Shown here piece after piece: positions 16,891 through 24,000 of a DNA stretch of 24,000 nucleotides; position 1 is the first letter of the stretch, and every line of letters begins with the position of its first letter. The translations under genes and the position numbers were made by a program. Origin of the DNA: Magnetovibrio sp. (GTDB lineage Bacteria; Pseudomonadota; Alphaproteobacteria; Rhodospirillales; Casp-alpha2). The stretch covers positions 57,735 to 81,734 of the forward strand of contig PBKU01000014.1 in the NCBI GenBank assembly GCA_002722175.1, given 5' to 3'. The notes under the pieces were generated by a model that was given only the letters and a program-made list of their open reading frames with translations, was not told where the DNA came from and ran no database searches.

Positions 16891-19296
16891 TTATTCTCTC
16901 AATTGACCACCTGCCAGGTCTTTGACACTAGCAATAATTTCTTGTGCTACGGTCTCTATTTCTTCATCAGTAAGGGTTTTTTCTAATGGTTGCAGTGTTA
17001 CGCTCATTGCAACGGATTTTTGATTTTGACCAAGATTTTTCCCTTCAAATACGTCAAATATCGAAACATCTGAAACTAGTTTATTATTGGAGGCCCAGAC
17101 GGCGTTTGCAAGTTTTGCCGTTTCTAGATCCGCGTCAACTACAAAAGCAAAATCCCGTTCGACAGTTTGGAAGGGCGCTAAATGGAGTGTTGGTCGGTAT
17201 GCGGAATTCTTTTTTCTCGAGACAGGTAAGGCATCAAGGAAAACTTCAAAGGCTGCAATAGGGTAATCAATTCCCATTTCATCAAGGATTCTCGGATGTA
17301 TTTCACCAAAATTAGCAAGTATATGTTTTGGGCCTAGCTTTATCGTTCCGGAACGGCCAGGATGGTACCAATTTGGTGCATCTGCTACACTGGTTAATCT
17401 ATCTGTATTCACCTTTAGTTCGGCAAGTAGAGCCAGTGCATCGGCTTTAGTATCAAACAAATCTATTCTCCGATGATTTACTGCCCAGTGACGCATGTTT
17501 GAAAAGCCAGAACGGATTCCGGAGCCAGCAAAAAACTGTTCACCTGGGTTGCTTCCTGTGAACTGTGGGCCTACTTCAAAAAGGTCAACATTATTAATTC
17601 CGCGGTCTGTATTTCTCTTTGCTGCTAAAATAAGGGTAGGAAGAATAGATGGGCGCATTGTGTTAAGTTCTTGGCTAATAGGGTTTTCAATTTGAAGATC
17701 TTTTTTTGCGCCACCAAAGAGGTTAGCGTATTTGGCTGAAACAAAAGAATAAGTTACTGCTTCCATAATGCCACGAGCTGCGAGAATTCTGCGAGCAAGA
17801 GAACGGCGACTTTGTAACGGCGTTAGCACGGGCTTTGATGAGTGTTTTTTAATCTTTATGGAGACAGGGGGAATACGGTCGTAACCATTTATTCGGAGGA
17901 CTTCTTCAACCAGGCAAGCTTCGCTGGAGATATCGGGGCGCCAGGGAGGTACTGAGACACGTATGTTTTCATTGTTTTTCTCAGTCGAAAAGCCGAGGTT
18001 TCCTAAGATATTGATAATCGTTTTTTCTTCAATATCGATCCCCCCAAGAAAATTAATTTGGTTTGTTTTAAAGTTAACTTCTCGCTTCCAGTTTGGCTCT
18101 GCCCCCGCGGTTACTAGCACTGAAAATTCCCCGCCACATATTTCCTCAATTAATTTGGAGGCAGTTTCTATCCCCTCCACCAGGAATGAAGGGTCGACCC
18201 CGCGCTCAAATCGGAAGCGGGCGTCAGAGTGCAAATTTAATTTTCGTCCCGTTGCTGCTGTCCTAATAGGGTCAAAGTAGGCAGCTTCTAGAAACAAATC
18301 ACAAGTTTCACTGGTTACACCCGACCTTTCACCACCCATGATGCCCCCAAGTGCTTCTAAGCCGTTGTCATCACAGATTACAGTCATTTCATTATCCAGG
18401 GTGTAGTGCTTGCCATCCAATCCCAAAAACTTCTCGCCTTTCTTAGAGAGCCGGACTCTCAAATCTCCATTTATTTTAGACGCATCAAAGACATGAAGTG
18501 GTCTAGAAAGATCAAAAGTCATCCAATTAGTGATATCAACTAACGCTGAAATAGGCCTTAGTCCAATAGCTGAAAGCTGTTCCTTTAACCATCTTGGGCT
18601 TTGGACATTTTCTACACCCTTAATGAAACGACCTACAAAATAAGAGCATGCTTCCGCATTGTTCCTATCGAAATCAAGGTGAACGTTTACAGGGCTAATA
18701 AACGTTCCTGGAATAGGCTCTGCAGCTGTATCATAAAGAGTTCCGAGTCCAGTAGCTGCTAGATCGCGGGCGATCCCGCGGACACCCAGACAATCACCTC
18801 TATTTGGAGTAACTCCGATTTCAATGATAGGGTCGTTTAATCGCATCACCTCGACGGCAGCTACCCCAATTTTTGTCTCTTTTGACAGCTCAATTATCCC
18901 CTCATGGTTATCAGATAAATTCATTTCGTGCTCGGATAATAACATGCCATTTGATTCGATACTGCGAATTTTAGCAGATTTTAAATTAATGCCCGTGCCT
19001 GGTATATACGAGCCAGGTCTTGCAAAAATACTGATTAATCCGTTACGAACATTTGGTGCTCCGCAGACGACTTGAAATTTTTCTGACCCTGCATCGACTT
19101 TACACACACTTAATCTTTCAGCGTTAGGGTGTTTTTTTACATCAATTACTCTAGCGGTAACGAAGCTTTCTAAACCAGAAGCGCGGTCCAGTACCTTTTC
19201 AACCTCTAATCCAACCATAGTCAGCGTCTCAGCTATTTGTTCAAGGTCAGCTTCGGTATTTAGATGTCGTTTTAGCCATGAAAGTGTAAATTTCAT
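16891..19296 (-). CDS. pheT: Phenylalanine--tRNA ligase beta subunit
   Basis: 801 aa. N-terminus MKFTLSWLKRHL, followed by the tRNA-binding, B3/4, B5 and FDX-ACB domain order. The ATG overlaps the pheS stop in an ATGA junction (19293-19296). Confidence 0.97.
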   Translation of the reverse strand: MKFTLSWLKRHLNTEADLEQIAETLTMVGLEVEKVLDRASGLESFVTARVIDVKKHPNAERLSVCKVDAGSEKFQVVCGAPNVRNGLISIFARPGSYIPGTGINLKSAKIRSIESNGMLLSEHEMNLSDNHEGIIELSKETKIGVAAVEVMRLNDPIIEIGVTPNRGDCLGVRGIARDLAATGLGTLYDTAAEPIPGTFISPVNVHLDFDRNNAEACSYFVGRFIKGVENVQSPRWLKEQLSAIGLRPISALVDITNWMTFDLSRPLHVFDASKINGDLRVRLSKKGEKFLGLDGKHYTLDNEMTVICDDNGLEALGGIMGGERSGVTSETCDLFLEAAYFDPIRTAATGRKLNLHSDARFRFERGVDPSFLVEGIETASKLIEEICGGEFSVLVTAGAEPNWKREVNFKTNQINFLGGIDIEEKTIINILGNLGFSTEKNNENIRVSVPPWRPDISSEACLVEEVLRINGYDRIPPVSIKIKKHSSKPVLTPLQSRRSLARRILAARGIMEAVTYSFVSAKYANLFGGAKKDLQIENPISQELNTMRPSILPTLILAAKRNTDRGINNVDLFEVGPQFTGSNPGEQFFAGSGIRSGFSNMRHWAVNHRRIDLFDTKADALALLAELKVNTDRLTSVADAPNWYHPGRSGTIKLGPKHILANFGEIHPRILDEMGIDYPIAAFEVFLDALPVSRKKNSAYRPTLHLAPFQTVERDFAFVVDADLETAKLANAVWASNNKLVSDVSIFDVFEGKNLGQNQKSVAMSVTLQPLEKTLTDEEIETVAQEIIASVKDLAGGQLRE

Positions 19297-20378
19297 TGGA
19301 CCGCTTCCCTGATAAAAGTAGGGATATTTAGTGCGCTAAAACCATAGTGACGGAGCCAACGCAGATCTGATTCATAAAATGTCCTTAAGTCAGAAATGCC
19401 GTATTTAAGCATTGCCAGTCTTTCCACACCCATTCCAAAAGCAAACCCCTGATGTTGACTTGGGTCGACACCGCAATTTTCAAGTACTTTTGGATTTACC
19501 ATCCCACTTCCAAGGATTTCCATCCAATTACCACCGCGCCCAATACGAAATTCTCCAGAATTATATGTGCACCCAATATCAACTTCAGCAGAAGGTTCAG
19601 TAAAAGGGAAATAGCTTGGCCTAAATCTTACAGGCAAGTCGTCAATTTCGAAAAATTCACGGCAAAAATCAATGAGACAGCCCTTAAGGTGTCCCATATG
19701 CGTTGTCTTATCTATCAAAAGACCTTCAACTTGATGGAACATTGGGGAGTGGGTGGAATCGTGATCGCAGCGATAGGTTCGACCGGGAACAATCAGTTTA
19801 AAGGGTGGTTTGGAATTTTTCATAGATCGAATCTGTACAGGTGACGTATGCGTCCTCAAAACCATCCGTTCATCGTCAGGCCTACTTGGGGATAAATAGA
19901 AAGTGTCGTGTTCTTGCCGGGCCGGATGGTCCAATGGTATGTTCAATGCAGTAAAATTATGCCAGTCATCTTCGATATCTGGCCCTTCGGCGACCGTGAA
20001 CCCCATTTGGCCAAAGATTGTAATTATTTCATCTATAGTCTGGCTAATTGGATGCACAAAGCCATTCTTTTCGGGTCTGACAGGTAATGTAATATCGATT
20101 CTTTCTTTGAGAAGTCGATTGTTCAACTCGATAGATTTTAGTTCGGATTCACGTCTTTGATGCGCAAGCTGCAAAGAATGCTTAATTTTGTTAAGAGCCT
20201 GGCCCATCTTTTTCTTTGCCTCGAGGTCGCCGGCACTCAGGCTCTTCATTAATAAGCTTATTTTTCCTTTCTTTCCGAAAATTGAAAGTCTTATCGTATC
20301 CAACGATTTGATATCATTAGCTGCGTTGATTGTCTGGAGTAATTCAGCTTCAAGTGTTTCTAATTTTTCCGTGCTCAA
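19293..20378 (-). CDS. pheS: Phenylalanine--tRNA ligase alpha subunit
   Basis: 361 aa. Contains HPARQEHDTFY, LRTHTSPVQIR, FRPSYFPFTEPSAEVD and GFAFGMGVERLAMLKYGI (class II motifs). The start is a TTG at 20378 with GGAGA 8 nt upstream. Confidence 0.96.
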   Translation of the reverse strand: MSTEKLETLEAELLQTINAANDIKSLDTIRLSIFGKKGKISLLMKSLSAGDLEAKKKMGQALNKIKHSLQLAHQRRESELKSIELNNRLLKERIDITLPVRPEKNGFVHPISQTIDEIITIFGQMGFTVAEGPDIEDDWHNFTALNIPLDHPARQEHDTFYLSPSRPDDERMVLRTHTSPVQIRSMKNSKPPFKLIVPGRTYRCDHDSTHSPMFHQVEGLLIDKTTHMGHLKGCLIDFCREFFEIDDLPVRFRPSYFPFTEPSAEVDIGCTYNSGEFRIGRGGNWMEILGSGMVNPKVLENCGVDPSQHQGFAFGMGVERLAMLKYGISDLRTFYESDLRWLRHYGFSALNIPTFIREAVQ

Positions 20379-20441
20379 TGCCTTTTTCTCCGAAACTACT
20401 CAATCCGCAATCCAACAAGGTGCAAATAGGAACTATGGATA

Positions 20442-20807
20442 TTAGGCGGGTTTTCCAAGGGCATCCTGGGCTTGGTCAATTAGTGCCTTAAAAGTATCTG
20501 GTTCACGCACTGAGAGGTCAGCAAGAATTTTCCGGTCAACATTAATACCAGCTTTTGATAGACCGTTAATGAATTGAGAATATTTTATACCATGGAGACG
20601 AGCACCGGCATTAATCCGTTGAATCCAGAGATTCCTGAATGTGCGTTTGCGAACTCTTCGGTCGCGGTATGCATATTGTAAACCTTTTTCAACTCTTTCA
20701 ATAGCAATACGAAAACTACTTTTGCTGCGCCCCCTGTAACCTTTAGCCATTTTTAAAATTTTCTTGTGACGAACGTGCTTGGTAATTCCGCGAGAAATGC
20801 GTGCCAT
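20442..20807 (-). CDS. rplT: 50S ribosomal protein L20
   Basis: 121 aa. [27 protein letters not shown]...[23 protein letters not shown] is canonical L20. Confidence 0.97.
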   Translation of the reverse strand: MARISRGITKHVRHKKILKMAKGYRGRSKSSFRIAIERVEKGLQYAYRDRRVRKRTFRNLWIQRINAGARLHGIKYSQFINGLSKAGINVDRKILADLSVREPDTFKALIDQAQDALGKPA

Positions 20808-20823
20808 TTCGGTATCCTTTTAC

Positions 20824-21021
20824 TTATCGATAGGGTAAGTAGCTCTTAACAATACGAGCATCTACTTCGGAAAGTATCATAGTGCCTCGCGTATTCCGTT
20901 TCATCTTGTTACTGCGTTTTCGAAGGTTATGCCGTTTGTACGCATTGCCAACACGTACTTTCCCGGATCCTGTAAGGCTAAATCGCTTCTTTGCACTTGA
21001 TTTGGTCTTTAACTTAGGCAT
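20824..21021 (-). CDS. rpmI: 50S ribosomal protein L35
   Basis: The 65-aa product [46 protein letters not shown] is canonical L35. AAGGGA Shine-Dalgarno sits 6 nt upstream of the ATG at 21021. The ORF-track start at 21078 adds 19 non-homologous codons and is rejected. Confidence 0.95.
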   Translation of the reverse strand: MPKLKTKSSAKKRFSLTGSGKVRVGNAYKRHNLRKRSNKMKRNTRGTMILSEVDARIVKSYLPYR

Positions 21022-21258
21022 TTTTTGTCCCTTACCGAGATTGTCCCCTTTAAGGTTCCGCTTTAAATATATCCTCAAGCCGGATTACTGACGGGGAGGC
21101 GGGGTTTATAGCTCTCTTGGCCAGATATAGCAAGAACATCAATACACCTTATTAACTCTTTTGGGACAATAACGATCATTCACTCACTATTTTACATGAA
21201 ATAACAAAGGGTGTTTAGCGAAAGGTATTTAATTATAGAACAATATTACTGAGTGCTC

Positions 21259-22176
21259 CTAACATTGAACAGGGGGTATCTTGAATTTCAGAAAATCAAG
21301 CTTTCCAATTAGTGTGTCGGTTTCGTTTTGCGGAAGCTCATTTAAAGGAGGCCTTACCCGAGCCCATTTATTGTCATTTCTGTAATAGGCGATGACTTTT
21401 TTGATGGCGGGTATCATTTGATAACCTTCTATTATCTTTCGAATTTCACTAATTTCATTTTGCATGTGTTCTGCTTTTGCAGTTTTCCATTCATTAAACA
21501 ACCTTACTATTTTTGCAGGGTTTATATTTGCTGTTCCTGAGATGCAGCCAGCACCGCCAAACCTGAGCGTCGACAGGAGAAGGCTTTCAGTTCCGACAAA
21601 GACTTTAAACTCGGGAAAGTTATGCAAAACTACTTTTATATTTTCTATTTGCCCCGAACTATCTTTCATGCCGACAACCGTTTCAGGAAATTCTCTTAAA
21701 AAGCGTTCAATCAAATCAATACTGAAGTGTAATCCCGACATTTGAGGGATATGATAAAGAAAAATCTTTAGTCTAGAATCTCCAACGCGCTGTATGACCT
21801 CAGAAAAGTTTTTGTACAAACCTTCATCGTTCACACCCTTGTAATAAAATGGTGGCAGCATTAACACGCTGCTACAGCCAAGATTGACAGCTTTTTTAGT
21901 TAATTCAACTGTTTCTGGTATGGAGCAGCAGCCGGTTCCTGGCATCATTCGTGTCGGCTCTAGGCCTCTATCGACCAGGAATTCAAGCAACTGAAGGCGT
22001 TCATTTACGCTTAGCGAGTTTGCTTCAGAATTAGTGCCAAATATAGCAAGGCTACAGTCTTGAGATAGAAGCCACTCGCAATGCATAAACAAACGCTCTT
22101 GATCAACGGTAAGGTCGGGGTTGAAAGGTGTTAGAACAGGAGCAAAAACTCCTTTTATTGGGGAAGATTCACGCAT
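21259..22176 (-). CDS. Dihydrodipicolinate synthase / N-acetylneuraminate lyase family protein (class I aldolase; probably not the housekeeping DapA)
   Basis: 305 aa. Family layout: VLTPF, FGTNSEANSLSVNER (where true DapA usually has GTTGE), LYHIP with the conserved Tyr, and the Schiff-base Lys context VVGMKDSSG. Confidence 0.8.
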   Translation of the reverse strand: MRESSPIKGVFAPVLTPFNPDLTVDQERLFMHCEWLLSQDCSLAIFGTNSEANSLSVNERLQLLEFLVDRGLEPTRMMPGTGCCSIPETVELTKKAVNLGCSSVLMLPPFYYKGVNDEGLYKNFSEVIQRVGDSRLKIFLYHIPQMSGLHFSIDLIERFLREFPETVVGMKDSSGQIENIKVVLHNFPEFKVFVGTESLLLSTLRFGGAGCISGTANINPAKIVRLFNEWKTAKAEHMQNEISEIRKIIEGYQMIPAIKKVIAYYRNDNKWARVRPPLNELPQNETDTLIGKLDFLKFKIPPVQC

Positions 22177-22243
22177 TTTTTATACCAAATAATTGATAAA
22201 TTTAATTTTACTAACATACTGCAATGTATATTATACGCGACGA

Positions 22244-23392
22244 ATGACAGCTTGCATTAAATTATTTTACAATTTTTCCTTAATTTTGTTTGTTTTTGCC
22301 CCATTATCTGGGCTTGCTGACACGTACGTATTTCATACACAAAAACATCGGGTAAAAGTAGAGCAGCTAGTGGAAGGCCTCAAACATCCCTGGGCCCTAG
22401 CCTTTCTTCCGGGTGGCTCTATCTTGATTACGGAACGAGAAGGTTATTTAAACATCCTGTCCCCTGATGGTGAGCTAAGAAAAGTCAAAGGCTTGCCTGA
22501 CATATCGGTTGCTGGACAGGGAGGGCTTCTTGATGTTGCTGTTGATCCTGGATATCCTGACAATAAAAGGATTTTCTTCAGTTTTTCAGAACCTTCAGCT
22601 GACATGATGCGTGCAGGAACAGCTGTAATCAGCGCAAAACTGATTATTGAGCCTCAACCTGAATTAAGAGAGCTGAAGGTCATATTTGCCCAGAACAAAA
22701 AAACACGTGGAGGGAGACACTTCGGATCTCGGATTGCGCTCCCACCCAACGGGACAATGTTTATTTCAGTAGGGGATCGAGGTCAGAAAAATCGAGCACA
22801 AGATCCTTTTGACCATGCGGGTTCTATAATATCTATTAACCGGAATGGAACTATCCCAGAAATTAATCCTTTCAAGGAAGGGAAAAGGGCTTTGCCGGAA
22901 ATCTGGTCCATAGGGCATCGAAACCCACAGGGTCTCGCATGGATTCAGGCGACAAACTCTATCTGGGCCGTGTCTCATGGCGCCCAGGGCGGAGATGAGA
23001 TCAATCGTGTGCTGCCAGGGAAAAATTATGGCTGGCCCGTAATATCATATGGAAGGGATTACTCGGGTAGAAAAATTGGCGAGGGAACGGAAAAAATTGG
23101 TTTAGAGCAACCGATATTTTATTGGGATCCGTCAATTGCTCCTTCCGGCCTTGCCTATTATGAAGGAAATGTGTTTCCCCGCTGGAAAGGAAATTTATTT
23201 GTTGGTGCGCTTAAACTTGAATTGCTGGCTCGGCTAGAAGTTATTAATGGGAAGGTGGTCAGTGAGGAAAGATTATTTACCGGGCGTTTTGGCCGCATAA
23301 GAGATGTTCGACAGGGATTAGATGGACACTTGTATTTTCTAACCGATGAAAATCCCGGCAAGCTTCTAAAAATAACCCCGATGGAAAATTGA
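22244..23392 (+). CDS. Secreted PQQ-dependent sugar dehydrogenase (soluble aldose dehydrogenase, YliI/sorbosone dehydrogenase family)
   Basis: Contains GLKHPWALAFLPGGSILITEREG, HFGSRIALPPNGTMFISVGDRG, GHRNPQGLAW and NYGWP, a beta-propeller family pattern. I start at the ATG at 22244 (MTACIKLFYNFSLILFVFAPLSGLA, a signal-peptide-like N-terminus). The ORF-track TTG at 22193 adds 17 implausible codons. Confidence 0.85.
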   Translation: MTACIKLFYNFSLILFVFAPLSGLADTYVFHTQKHRVKVEQLVEGLKHPWALAFLPGGSILITEREGYLNILSPDGELRKVKGLPDISVAGQGGLLDVAVDPGYPDNKRIFFSFSEPSADMMRAGTAVISAKLIIEPQPELRELKVIFAQNKKTRGGRHFGSRIALPPNGTMFISVGDRGQKNRAQDPFDHAGSIISINRNGTIPEINPFKEGKRALPEIWSIGHRNPQGLAWIQATNSIWAVSHGAQGGDEINRVLPGKNYGWPVISYGRDYSGRKIGEGTEKIGLEQPIFYWDPSIAPSGLAYYEGNVFPRWKGNLFVGALKLELLARLEVINGKVVSEERLFTGRFGRIRDVRQGLDGHLYFLTDENPGKLLKITPMEN

Positions 23393-23634
23393 AATTTTTC
23401 TATTGCCATGTTCAGCGGTACTCCACGGTTAGAGGTTTGGGACTAGTTTTTTGATTGTTTGTCGATAGACGCTGAAGATCTGCTAAATACCTTAGGTTGC
23501 TCGAACCTAGAGATCTATTTGTTCTCTTTTGAATTGAGAATTAGAGAAACCGTCAAGGGGTTGGCGACCTGCCTGATTGCAGATTTTTCAAAGCTTCTTT
23601 AAGAACAAGTTTTCTGGGCCTTATTTTCCGGCTT

Positions 23635-23889
23635 TTAAGATGACAGATTCTGTTTTATTTTCTTGCGGAATTTTCGGTCGTGTTTCAGATGCCATTCTCG
23701 TTTCAGAGCGTCGCTCCGATCAACGTAACGCTCTGCGTAAAGGAGGGCCCAGCTTCTCCCGCGGGTCGAACGTGCGCCATGTCCTTTGTTGTGCTCCTGC
23801 AAGCGCCTGTCTAGGTCTGTGGTCCAACCGACATAGGTGCGGTTTCCATTCTTATTTTTGCAGCCTAGAAGGTATACATAACAAGGCAT
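23635..23889 (-). CDS. Small GIY-YIG nuclease-family protein (UPF0213 / YhbQ-like)
   Basis: 84 aa. CYVYLLGCKNKNGNRTYVGWTTDLDRRLQEHNKGHGARSTRGRSWALLYAERYVDRSDALKREWHLK carries the GIY..YIG-type core (YVY...YVG), the conserved Arg and the helix with E. The single-domain size matches YhbQ. The 104-aa plus-strand ORF at 23577-23891 is its shadow. Confidence 0.8.
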   Translation of the reverse strand: MPCYVYLLGCKNKNGNRTYVGWTTDLDRRLQEHNKGHGARSTRGRSWALLYAERYVDRSDALKREWHLKHDRKFRKKIKQNLSS

Positions 23890-24000
23890 AAGTTCATTCC
23901 GTATTTCTTAAAAACATTAGAAAGATTAGTGCAAAAAAAAAATAAGTTGTAAAAACTTTGAATCTGGCCAAACAAAGAGTTTAAAGGTAGTTACCATTTA

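Noticed and set aside
16777-16986. 69-aa plus-strand ORF spanning the grxD-pheT spacer and the 3' end of pheT
   Set aside because: It overlaps two terminator hairpins and the pheT coding end. The Cys/Leu-rich translation has no recognisable family features.
21022-21078. N-terminal 19-codon extension of rpmI suggested by the ORF track ([19 protein letters not shown]). Similar cases are the TTG extension of the PQQ dehydrogenase (22193-22243) and the TTG start of map at 1766.
   Set aside because: The extensions have no homology to the respective families. The internal ATGs give canonical N-termini: the L35 ATG has a well-placed Shine-Dalgarno, and the dehydrogenase ATG yields a signal peptide.
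23476-23516. tRNA-like T-arm impression (TAGGTT-GCTCG-AACCTA) flanked by AGATCT palindromes. Considered as a tRNA fragment or att site.
   Set aside because: The loop is 5 nt and lacks the TTCRA consensus. No acceptor, D or anticodon arms can be built around it. No integrase or direct-repeat partner is present in the window.

Overview
This window looks like an ordinary core-genome stretch from a low-GC alphaproteobacterium (roughly 40-45% G+C by eye). I cannot assign a genus. Three things point to Alphaproteobacteria: a DUF1476/zeta-type ATPase inhibitor gene, a monocistronic rpsD, and the purL-bolA-grxD arrangement. I support 25 protein-coding genes, packed tightly on both strands. In order: groEL (3' part), map, sfsA, a large TPR+GT41 (SPINDLY/OGT-like) glycosyltransferase, rpsD, a conserved standalone HNH protein, a phospholipase/carboxylesterase-family hydrolase, gluQ, a 3-hydroxyisobutyrate-dehydrogenase-family oxidoreductase, a DUF2062 membrane protein, purB, the zeta-like gene, an NRDE/TANGO2-family gene, purS-purQ-purL-bolA-grxD, pheT-pheS-rplT-rpmI (minus strand), a DapA-family lyase, a periplasmic PQQ-type sugar dehydrogenase, and a small YhbQ-like GIY-YIG protein. 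I found no tRNA, rRNA, CRISPR array, transposase, integrase, phage gene, toxin-antitoxin pair or recognisable defence module. No repeat family is shared between intergenic regions. Three rho-independent terminators and one sigma70-like promoter (rpsD) can be read directly. I do not see convincing evidence for a novel multi-gene system here. The findings are modest leads: the orphan TPR-GT41 enzyme with a forced TTG start, the HNH gene with an adjacent perfect palindrome, the zeta/NRDE pair inside the pur cluster, candidate ribosomal-protein leaders, a direct repeat upstream of purB, and a GC-rich GIY-YIG gene at the window edge. All have low-to-moderate interest scores.
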